From: an uncultured Gammaproteobacteria bacterium
GTDB taxonomy: Bacteria; Patescibacteriota; Microgenomatia; UBA12405
Reading direction: 5' to 3'
Assembly: GCA_964628885.1 (NCBI GenBank)
Contig: CAZVMP010000001.1
Coordinates: 43,459-107,458 of the forward strand
Length of the DNA: 64,000 nucleotides
Shown: in pieces, positions 1-8,319 of the stretch
How the letters are laid out: each line of letters begins with the position of its first letter
How positions within the stretch are numbered: position 1 is the stretch's first letter
The notes under the pieces: model-generated
Database searches by the model: none
Seen by the model: the letters and a program-made list of their open reading frames with translations, nothing else
What the model was told of the DNA's origin: nothing
Made by a program: the position numbers and the translations under genes

Positions 1-565
1 AAGGGAATTTTGTTTTGACCTACCTTAATTGCCATTTCAGTCTCAATTCCATAACGATTTGATTTCCAAATTATTTTTTTATAAACCTCTTTTCTAAATC
101 CCAAAAAACCACACAACAAATCTTTTCTTTTAATATTAATATTTTTTCTATTAATAATTTAGCAAATTTATTACCGTTTCTTCTTATCCATGGTGATTTT
201 TTATTCAAAAGTCTATAGCCAAATACAATTGGGTATTTCTCTAATTCCTTTGTAAATTTAGGTAAATATTTTGGATTATGTTGACCATCAGCATCTATAA
301 ACACTATCGCCGTTCCTCCTAGTTTCCAAGCAATTTTTACCCCCGTCTTCATCGCTGCCCCCTTACCTAAATTCACTACATGATTAGCTATAATGACTCT
401 TTTATTTTTAACAAAACTTTTTTTTAGTATTTTTAATGAATCATCACTAGAACCATCGTTTACTAATATGATTTTAATTTCCTTGTCTACTAATAAAATT
501 TTATTTACCGTTTCTACCGCTCTATATTCTTCATTATAAATTGGAACAACAACAAAAATATTCAT
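1..565 (-). pseudogene. GT2 (DPM1-like) glycosyltransferase, frameshifted near ~135-150; runs off the window
   Basis: VVPIYNE, DGSSD, NLGKGAA and DADGQH motifs. ORF stops at 71, but another frame continues NIKRKDLLCGFLGFRKEVYKKIIWKSNRYGIETEMAIK, the typical GT2 D..CGF / Y.IETE C-terminal part. Could be a sequencing error. Confidence 0.7.
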
Positions 566-839
566 ATCTAATATTTTCTACCTTAAATTAATTTTATAAA
601 CATCATAACACCCACTTTTTACCTGTGTTAAAACAAACTCATTATAACCCCAAAATCCATATTTTTTAAAAAACTTAATCACTTCCAAAATCTATCACAC
701 TAATAAACTTTTATCTACCATAATTTATCTTACAACCTATCTCCACCCAAAACCCTTATATCAACTGATTTACTTTCTCCTATATTTACGATATAGTTCG
801 TTATACTCTTATCTATTCCTCCCCAGATGAAATTAAGAA

Positions 840-3647
840 ATGGATTCAGTTGATAGTCAACAATTTGAACTATTAAATCAGATTCAAAATAATCTATTAG
901 GTAATGACCAGTTTTTTTCCCTTTATCTTGTCCTATCCCTACCCTTACCAGTTTCTTGGCGTCTAACACTTTACAACTTTCTAATTTCTCTACCCAAACC
1001 TTTCTCTTCTCCTCTTTGGTTAACCCTAATTATAGTACTTAGTCCACTTTTAATCCTTCTTCTCCTTTTTATCTTATACAAACTAATTTTAAAACTAATA
1101 AGAAATATCCCAAAAATTTTGTCCCTGTTTGGCGCTAAACCAGAAACTAAAAAGACTCTCCAATTAATCTTTCCTGCCGATACCAGTAAGTCAGCTTATG
1201 CCACCGAAGAACTTTTTAGCCTGCTTCACAGTCTTTCCCGTCAGTTAACTTTTAAAGATCGACTCTTTCAAAGAAAAAACGAATATTCTCTAGAAATAGT
1301 CTCCAGCAAAATTGATGGTATTCGCTATTTACTCTCCGCCGACTCAAAATTTATTCAAATTATCAAACACCATCTTTTATCCTACTTGCCCGGAATTAAA
1401 ATTAAAGAGGTCAATAACTATTTTACTGTCAAAAAAATAGCTAAAACTAAAGTTAAACTAATTGAACTTAAACAAGCCAATCATTTTGCCCTGCCGCTAG
1501 AAGACCAAAAGACCTTGTCAGAAAATGACCCGATAACCTATCTAACCGGAGCTATGACTAATTTAGCTGCCAAAAACTTAATCTGCTATCAAATAGTAGT
1601 CACTCCCATAATTAATCAATTCCACTCCAAGGTAGTCAGAGAACTAAGTGAGTTTAAGAATCGTCTTTACCAGAAATTACCTTTAACCGAAAAATTATTT
1701 AAAACTGGTTTTCAAAAACTGGAAGACGTACCAATACTATCTATATTTTATTTTTTGATAAAAGCAGTTTGTAAAATAATCTCAACTGTTGTCATTTTTG
1801 TTTTCAGTATGATAATTGGCTTTTTTGACACCTCCGGTAAGTTAGTCCCTTTTTTACAAAGAAAAGATATTTCACCCCAAGAAATTTTAAATCCTTATGA
1901 AAAACAGCTAGCAGTGGTGGTTAAAAATAAGATTGATTCTTCTTTGTTTGAAACCTCTATAAAAATCTTAATAATTGCTCAGAACAACAAGGATATTAAC
2001 ACTCGAGTTAGTGGTCTTTTGGCTAGTTTTGGCCAATTAAGTAGTTCTCACCAATCATTAATAAGAAAAAAATACTTGTTTAAAAATTTAAAAAATAGCT
2101 TAAAACAATTTGGCCAAAAAAGTTTATCAAAAGATACCACTCTTAACCCCAATCCGATTTTATCAATTTCTGAGCTAAGCGACCTTTATCATTTCCCTTA
2201 TGGCAAGAAGACTAAAAGTGAAGGCTTAGTTACCAGCCATAGCCCAGAGCTACCTTCTCCACTATCAGTTAAAAACAATCCTAGTCTAGATGTCGTCTTT
2301 GGTAAAAATAGATATGGAGAAAATGAAAGCAATATCGGTTTAACTGATGATGACCGTTCTCGCCATGTCTATACTATCGGTCAGACCGGTTTGGGTAAAA
2401 TTACCATTATTTTCCATATGGCCAAAGATGATATTCAAAAAGGCCGAGGAGTAGCTGTAATTGACCCTCATGGCGATTTAGCCCAAGACCTACTTTACAC
2501 TGTCCCCAAAAATAGATTTGATGACTGTATTTACCTTAATCCCTTTGATCTTAAATATCCCATTGGAATTAATCTAATAGAGCTGAAAGTCTCTGATGAT
2601 GAAGATGAGTTAGAACAGGAAAAAGAGTTGGTTTGTGAAAGTGTTATCTCAATTTTTAGAAGACTATTTTCCAGTAAAGAAAGTAGTGATTCTCATCGAA
2701 TTGAATACATTCTGCGTAATACTATTTATACTGCCTTTACCGTCAAAGACTCTACTATCTTTACTGTTTATGATTTGCTTAACGATCCCAACTTTAGAAA
2801 AACAATAATTTCAAATTTAGAAAATAAAAATCTGGTTAACTTTTGGAAAAATGAATTTGGTAAGGCAGGGAACTATCAGGCGGTTAAAATGGTTTCTGGA
2901 GTAACCGCCAAAATTGGTCGCTTCTTATTTTCCCCAACTGCCAAAAGAATGCTAGAGCAACCTAAATCTACCATTAATTTTGATGAAATTATTGATAAAG
3001 GCAAGATTTTAATTTGTAATTTAGCCGAAGGAAAACTAGGCGAAGATACCTCCCAACTTTTAGGCACCACCATTATTGCCAAACTTCAGCAATCATTTAT
3101 GAGAAGAGTTAGAACCAGGGCCTCAAAAAGAATTCCTTTCTATTTATTTGTTGATGAATTTCAAAACTTTGCCACCAGCTCCTTTAGTAAACTTCTCTCC
3201 GGTGGCCGAAAGTTTGGGCTAAGACTAACTATTGCCCAGCAATCAACCGCTCAACAGAATGATAGAAACATAGTTAATATTATCTTAGCTAATACCGGTA
3301 CCATTGTTTGTTTTAGAACCGCCAGCCCAATTGACGAGCAGTTAATGTTAGACCAGTTTTCCCCTTATGTTAAAAAGGGTGATATTGGTAATTTACCCCG
3401 ATTTAACTTCTATCTGAAGTTGTCAGCTATTAAACCGGAAGAGCCTTTTTCGGGTGAAACCATTCCTATAGTTTTAGACAGAGATGAAAACAGATTTAAT
3501 CAACTAATTAAAACTTCAAGAAAAAACTGGGCGAGAGCTTATCAAAAAGAAGTTAATAAAGTAACAAAATCAGAAAAGAAAACAGAAGTTAAAGAGGTTA
3601 AAAAACCTTTTCAAGAAGTATCTAACAAGAGAAAAATATCGGTATAG
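840..3647 (+). CDS. VirD4/TraG/TrwB-like (HerA-FtsK superfamily) ATPase with N-terminal membrane segments
   Basis: RHVYTIGQTGLGK Walker A-like, VIDPHGDL, LFVDEFQNF Walker B, GRKFGL..IAQQ. Confidence 0.85.
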   Translation: MDSVDSQQFELLNQIQNNLLGNDQFFSLYLVLSLPLPVSWRLTLYNFLISLPKPFSSPLWLTLIIVLSPLLILLLLFILYKLILKLIRNIPKILSLFGAKPETKKTLQLIFPADTSKSAYATEELFSLLHSLSRQLTFKDRLFQRKNEYSLEIVSSKIDGIRYLLSADSKFIQIIKHHLLSYLPGIKIKEVNNYFTVKKIAKTKVKLIELKQANHFALPLEDQKTLSENDPITYLTGAMTNLAAKNLICYQIVVTPIINQFHSKVVRELSEFKNRLYQKLPLTEKLFKTGFQKLEDVPILSIFYFLIKAVCKIISTVVIFVFSMIIGFFDTSGKLVPFLQRKDISPQEILNPYEKQLAVVVKNKIDSSLFETSIKILIIAQNNKDINTRVSGLLASFGQLSSSHQSLIRKKYLFKNLKNSLKQFGQKSLSKDTTLNPNPILSISELSDLYHFPYGKKTKSEGLVTSHSPELPSPLSVKNNPSLDVVFGKNRYGENESNIGLTDDDRSRHVYTIGQTGLGKITIIFHMAKDDIQKGRGVAVIDPHGDLAQDLLYTVPKNRFDDCIYLNPFDLKYPIGINLIELKVSDDEDELEQEKELVCESVISIFRRLFSSKESSDSHRIEYILRNTIYTAFTVKDSTIFTVYDLLNDPNFRKTIISNLENKNLVNFWKNEFGKAGNYQAVKMVSGVTAKIGRFLFSPTAKRMLEQPKSTINFDEIIDKGKILICNLAEGKLGEDTSQLLGTTIIAKLQQSFMRRVRTRASKRIPFYLFVDEFQNFATSSFSKLLSGGRKFGLRLTIAQQSTAQQNDRNIVNIILANTGTIVCFRTASPIDEQLMLDQFSPYVKKGDIGNLPRFNFYLKLSAIKPEEPFSGETIPIVLDRDENRFNQLIKTSRKNWARAYQKEVNKVTKSEKKTEVKEVKKPFQEVSNKRKISV

Positions 3648-3786
3648 CCGTCTATACCAAAAATATTTAATATTTATATGGAAAATACAATAAAAAGCAA
3701 TTTTAACTTTCCCTTCTTTACTCTTACTAAAGTAAGAGAGTGAATAAATAAAAGACTCTCTTGGGGGTTTCTAGAATAAAAAAAAG

Positions 3787-4524
3787 ATGAAAAATAAAAT
3801 AACTAAAAAACAAAAAGAAATAATAGTCCTGCTATATCGGTTTAGATTCTTAAATAGATATCAAATACAACAAATTCTAAATCATAAAAAACCACATCGA
3901 ATTAACCAGTGGTTAAAAAGCTTAGTTGATAAAAAAATAATTGGCAAAAATTATTCTAAAAAAATTGGTGACAATACTAAACCAGCAATCTATTACTTAG
4001 CAGTAAAAAGTAAAAGTTATTTAGCTGATCAACTTAAAGAAGATGATAAGTTAATAAAACGGATTTATGGTGAATCAAAAAGAAGTTTAAGGTTTATTAA
4101 TCATTGTTTAATCTCTGCCAATTTTTATCTAGAACTTAAAAAAACACATTTGTCAAAAGATATATTTTTCTATACTAAAGTTGATTTGTTAAGCCATGAC
4201 TATTTACCAGATAACCTGCCAGATGCTTATGTGGCTATCAAAGAAGGTAAAGATATCAAACGTTACTTTTTTGAAATAATTGATCAAGATACTCCTAGGT
4301 TTGCGATAAGAGCTAAGATTAAACAATACCTAGATTATTATGATAATAATACTTGGCAGGAAGTAACTAAACATCCTTTTCCAAGAATTCTTATCCTTTG
4401 TCCCAATAAGGTCATTAAAAAATATTTATCTAATTTTATCCCCAGAATTGCAGCCGAGGAGAATCAACCAGATGTTAATTTTTATCTCTCGGCTAAATTA
4501 TCAAAATGGTGGAGTGCTGTTTAA
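3787..4524 (+). CDS. Replication-relaxation (Replic_Relax) family protein, putative relaxase
   Basis: N-terminal wHTH LYRFRFLNRYQI, H..ISANFY, PDAY and FFEI nuclease-like motifs; directly follows the coupling-protein-like ATPase. Confidence 0.75.
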   Translation: MKNKITKKQKEIIVLLYRFRFLNRYQIQQILNHKKPHRINQWLKSLVDKKIIGKNYSKKIGDNTKPAIYYLAVKSKSYLADQLKEDDKLIKRIYGESKRSLRFINHCLISANFYLELKKTHLSKDIFFYTKVDLLSHDYLPDNLPDAYVAIKEGKDIKRYFFEIIDQDTPRFAIRAKIKQYLDYYDNNTWQEVTKHPFPRILILCPNKVIKKYLSNFIPRIAAEENQPDVNFYLSAKLSKWWSAV

Positions 4525-4823
4525 CACCTAACCTGACTAAAAGGACGAGATTTAAAATATAAATCACGTTCTATTCCTAAACCAAAAGGGCCTTTTAAAC
4601 TCTCAAGCTCAGTAAGTGAAAAGTATCCCCATTCATCGTTATTATCTCCAAAGATAGAAACATATCCAAAAAACATTTTTTCAACTGGATTGTATTCGGT
4701 AGCATACCAGGTACCAGCACCAGTTGGATTAAAAAACTTAGCAATAACTACTGGGTCTTTTTTATCTTCTTGATTTCCTATTTGTTCAAATTTTTTTAAA
4801 AGTTCCTTTGTTAATAGCTTCAT
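4521..4823 (-). CDS. DUF2958 domain protein
   Basis: KFFNP.GAGTWYATE, EWGYFSL.EL, GLGIERDLYF; SD AAGGAG upstream. Confidence 0.85.
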   Translation of the reverse strand: MKLLTKELLKKFEQIGNQEDKKDPVVIAKFFNPTGAGTWYATEYNPVEKMFFGYVSIFGDNNDEWGYFSLTELESLKGPFGLGIERDLYFKSRPFSQVRC

Positions 4824-4857
4824 TCTATTTTCTCCTTATTTTTTTTAAAAATATTAA

Positions 4858-4894
4858 TAATTTAGGTAGGCTGTCTGCCCGCCTACCTAAATTA
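4858..4894. repeat. Perfect 14-bp inverted repeat with 9-nt loop
   Basis: TAATTTAGGTAGGC-tgtctgccc-GCCTACCTAAATTA. Confidence 0.9.
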
Positions 4895-4922
4895 AAAAGA
4901 AATATAAAAAAGCGGGGTGAAA

Positions 4923-4979
4923 TTTGGCAAGGGCAAACGAAGTGCAGTTTATTGGAGTGAAACGGAAACCCTTGCCAAA
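4923..4979. repeat. 11-bp inverted repeat with 35-nt spacer, overlapping a possible -35 box of DUF2958
   Basis: TTTGGCAAGGG (4923-4933) ... CCCTTGCCAAA (4969-4979). Confidence 0.85.
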
Positions 4980-5039
4980 AGAGGGGGAAGACCCCTTAAA
5001 AAAAGATATTTTTGTTTTTTAAAAAAACACCTAGATACT

Positions 5040-5879
5040 TCATTTAGTTATAAATACAAAAGGCGTTCCATTATTATCAAAGACTTTATCCCTAATCCTG
5101 ATTCGATAATAATAACTTGTTCCTGATCGAAGATATGATAATAAAATCCTATGATCTGTTGTCATCGAACTTTCAGCTGACATTAACACTAAACTTGCCG
5201 CCGTTATTCCATATTCGACTTTAGCAACTGATGGCTCACTTGAGGTAAAAATTATGGTTGCTGATTTACCGTCTGATCCTGGAGTGGCTCTTACGTTACT
5301 TATTAATAAACTATTTTCTATTTTATTTTCAATTGCTTGATTCTTGGTGATAAAAAAATAAGGTATTCCGTTATTATCAAAAGTTTTATCCCCAACTTTA
5401 ATTCGATAATAATAACTTGTTCCCGGTCTTAATGAGCTAAGAAATATTTGGTGAGTGTTCGTTCTTATAGTGCTTGCTGACATTAACACCAAACTTGCCG
5501 CCGTGGTGCCGTATTCAATTCTAGCCGAATTTGGCTCACTTAAAGTAAAAGTTATGGTTGCTGTTTTACCATCTGAACCAAGAGAAACAGAAATATTAGT
5601 TATTAATGTTGGATTATTACTGACGCTTGTTTGACCTAAATCAGAGTCTCGAGTTGTTTGTCCGACATTAATAACTGGAAGGGTTGGAGAAGTTATTACG
5701 TTCGGACAATATTTATCAGTTAATGAACTAAGAATATTACAAAAAGTGGAATTATAACCGGTGGTAGCTCCTAAAACATTTTTCTTAGAATTATTTATTA
5801 TTCTATTTACTTGCAAAGTTGCTAGAAAAAAAATTGAAAAAATAAAACTTACGATAAGGGTTTTTCTAATATAATCCAT
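5040..5879 (-). CDS. Membrane-anchored protein with two tandem FnIII / purple-acid-phosphatase-N-like domains
   Basis: N-terminal TM, VLGATT motif, two ~88-aa repeats (EYG..AASLVLMSA ... L..GTSYYYRI) offset by 300 nt. Confidence 0.8.
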   Translation of the reverse strand: MDYIRKTLIVSFIFSIFFLATLQVNRIINNSKKNVLGATTGYNSTFCNILSSLTDKYCPNVITSPTLPVINVGQTTRDSDLGQTSVSNNPTLITNISVSLGSDGKTATITFTLSEPNSARIEYGTTAASLVLMSASTIRTNTHQIFLSSLRPGTSYYYRIKVGDKTFDNNGIPYFFITKNQAIENKIENSLLISNVRATPGSDGKSATIIFTSSEPSVAKVEYGITAASLVLMSAESSMTTDHRILLSYLRSGTSYYYRIRIRDKVFDNNGTPFVFITK

Positions 5880-6053
5880 AGCAAATTACCAACTAAAAAA
5901 GGTTATAGCTTAAACTAATAATCTATATATCTAATAAAATATTATCATTTTCTGTTTAACAAATTAATACTAATGACCTAAAACTTCTTAAAAACCTTAG
6001 TGATGAACAATAAAATTTTTAGCTTATCCAACTACATGCTAATATGATCTTGT

Positions 6054-6515
6054 ATGAGTTTTTTGCCACAGGAAGAATGTTTTGTTTGTAATCGAATTAA
6101 GTTGATTAAAGAGGATAAAAACAAATATTTTGTTAAGGAAATGAAAACAGGTTACGTGGTCATGTCTGATTTTCAATATTTTTATGGATACACAATTTTT
6201 TTATCTAAATTACATGTAACCGAGTTACATAATTTAGGTAAAAAGAGAGAATTGTTCTTAAATGAAATGGCGATTGTAGCTGAGGCGGTAATTAAAGCTT
6301 TTAAGCCTAAAAAACTAAACTATGAATTGCTTGGAAATAGCGACTCTCATACACATTGGCACCTAATTCCCAGGTATGGAAATGATCCAAAACCAGACAC
6401 GGCGATTTGGGCAATTAACTACTCGATAAGGTGTAGTGATAAATCTCGACCAACGGACCCTGAGTTAAATAAAATGAAAAAGAAACTAATCTCAGAGCTG
6501 GATAAATTAATCTAA
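6054..6515 (+). CDS. HIT family hydrolase
   Basis: CFVC, NYELLGN, HTHWHLIPRY histidine triad. Confidence 0.9.
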   Translation: MSFLPQEECFVCNRIKLIKEDKNKYFVKEMKTGYVVMSDFQYFYGYTIFLSKLHVTELHNLGKKRELFLNEMAIVAEAVIKAFKPKKLNYELLGNSDSHTHWHLIPRYGNDPKPDTAIWAINYSIRCSDKSRPTDPELNKMKKKLISELDKLI

Positions 6516-6576
6516 CTCTCAAGATTTAATTTTATTAACAAACTTTTTCTCTATTAATATTTTGTTAAAATAGCCC

Positions 6577-7629
6577 ATGGTTAAGTTTAATTTCTTAATA
6601 CTAACTGCCGCGACTTTTTTCCTCTCCCTACTAGACACCTATTTTTACCCAGGATTTAGTCAAAAACATTTTAATCTCAACCCTGATCTTATCTTACTAA
6701 TATGGATATCAATTACTTTACTTGTATCACTCATTAATAAAAATATATTTTACGATTGGTTTAAAAAAATAAACAATCGATTTTTATTTCCTTTTTTATT
6801 AATTTTTTATGGTGTTATTTTATTTTTTGAAAAAAATAATTATCCAAACTTCGTCTTTACCTTCTTTCATGTCCATCGTTTATTACTTCTAAACCTAGTT
6901 ATCATCTCAGGAATTATTTTTTACATTTCATATCCAAAATTTATCAATAAATTCAACCAAAGAGCCTATTTACTTGCTCCACTTTTAATTACTATTTCTT
7001 ACTTTTTTTATTTTTACAACGGAGATATTTTTTTTAAACTAATACAAGAAGATGGCTATTATGAATATTTACAATTTTTTCTTTATCTTTTTTCTTCCAT
7101 TTTATCTACCAAAATATTTTTAAAATATAAAGAAAAGTCAAAATCCAAAATACATATAATTTTTTTCTTATTACTTAGTCTTGGATTATTTTTTGTTGCT
7201 GGTGAAGAAATTTCTTGGGGTCAAAGAATTTTTAATATCCAAACACCACCAAATTATGCTGCAATTAATACTCAAAAAGAAATAACTATTCACAACTTAA
7301 ATTACATGCAAAAAATTTTACATTCATCCTACATTCTTGTAGCTTTATACGGATTACTTTCTAATTATATTTTAAGAAAATTATTTCCTAAAAAATATCA
7401 AAAATATTACCAGTTAACCCTTCCTTTTTCTTTAACTTTTTATTTTCTAGCCCTATTTATCCACTATGTCTTACATGATTATTTTCAATTTATGTATATC
7501 CTAACTCCTGATTTACGTGCCAACATGTTTCTCTCACAAGAAATTGTTGAAACTTATCTTTCAATTGCCATGTTTTTATATACCTACAAAACCTATAAAA
7601 CCATTAACAATAAAAAAGCACTTTCTTAA
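6577..7629 (+). CDS. Polytopic membrane protein of unknown function (paralog of 61803-62858)
   Basis: Many TM segments; EDGYYEYLQF and GEEISWGQRIF..N.Q.EI.IHN motifs. Confidence 0.7.
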   Translation: MVKFNFLILTAATFFLSLLDTYFYPGFSQKHFNLNPDLILLIWISITLLVSLINKNIFYDWFKKINNRFLFPFLLIFYGVILFFEKNNYPNFVFTFFHVHRLLLLNLVIISGIIFYISYPKFINKFNQRAYLLAPLLITISYFFYFYNGDIFFKLIQEDGYYEYLQFFLYLFSSILSTKIFLKYKEKSKSKIHIIFFLLLSLGLFFVAGEEISWGQRIFNIQTPPNYAAINTQKEITIHNLNYMQKILHSSYILVALYGLLSNYILRKLFPKKYQKYYQLTLPFSLTFYFLALFIHYVLHDYFQFMYILTPDLRANMFLSQEIVETYLSIAMFLYTYKTYKTINNKKALS

Positions 7630-7679
7630 TAACCTTTCTAGTATAATTACTTTATCCATATTAATGTTAAAATCCAAAC

Positions 7680-8318
7680 ATGGAAAAAATTATGTCAAAA
7701 GAAACCTTAAAATTAGAAAAACCTGTCTTCATTGGTGTTTCCGGACCCTCTGGGGCTGGAAAAGATTATTTAATCTCTGCCAGTGGTCAGCAATTTAATC
7801 AAATGGGGATTACCACAAAGGTCGTCCAAATGACAACCGAAAGACCTGATCGAGGAGCTGGAGTAGAAACAAAAATTTGTATTTCATCAGATGAATACAC
7901 TAAATTAGAAAACGATAACCAGTTAATCGGCAGTCATCAAAACGGTGAATACCGTTATGGTTATAAACAATCTGATATTCTCCAAGCTACTCAAGAATGC
8001 CAAAATGGCGGAATTGTCTTTATTGAATTAAACCCTTTTGCTCAACCAGATTTTCCAAACGAATTAAAAACCAAAATGAATGTTGATATGATTGCTTGGA
8101 TTGGTGTCCAAAACACCCTAAAACAAACAGAAATCAGTATGAGGGAAAGAGGTGAGTCTGAGGATTCTATTAAAGAAAGAATTGCTAAGGTTAAAAAATA
8201 TTATGACGCCATGGCCGACAACCCTTTTATTTCCTATGTTGACAATGGCCCAACTAATCGCACCGGCTCAACTGGAGATTTTGTTAAAATAATTAAAGAC
8301 AAAATAGAAAATTTATAA
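7680..8318 (+). CDS. Guanylate kinase-like P-loop kinase (divergent)
   Basis: SGPSGAGKD, TTERPDR, YRYG, RERGES..SI.ERI. Confidence 0.7.
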   Translation: MEKIMSKETLKLEKPVFIGVSGPSGAGKDYLISASGQQFNQMGITTKVVQMTTERPDRGAGVETKICISSDEYTKLENDNQLIGSHQNGEYRYGYKQSDILQATQECQNGGIVFIELNPFAQPDFPNELKTKMNVDMIAWIGVQNTLKQTEISMRERGESEDSIKERIAKVKKYYDAMADNPFISYVDNGPTNRTGSTGDFVKIIKDKIENL

Positions 8319-8319
8319 T

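Larger units (their letters stand above)
840..5000. mobile_element. Putative remnant of an integrated conjugative/mobilisable element
   Basis: T4CP-like + Replic_Relax + DUF2958 + hairpin-rich leader; no integrase or att sites found. Confidence 0.45.

Noticed and set aside
730-969. 79-aa minus-strand ORF
   Set aside because: Overlaps the ATPase start antisense; no motifs or start signal
4917-5126. 69-aa ORF
   Set aside because: Runs through the hairpin region and antisense into the FnIII gene; no recognisable motifs
5040-5610. Possible DGR template/variable repeat pair
   Set aside because: Mismatches are not adenine-specific, both copies are in frame within one gene, and no reverse transcriptase is in the window
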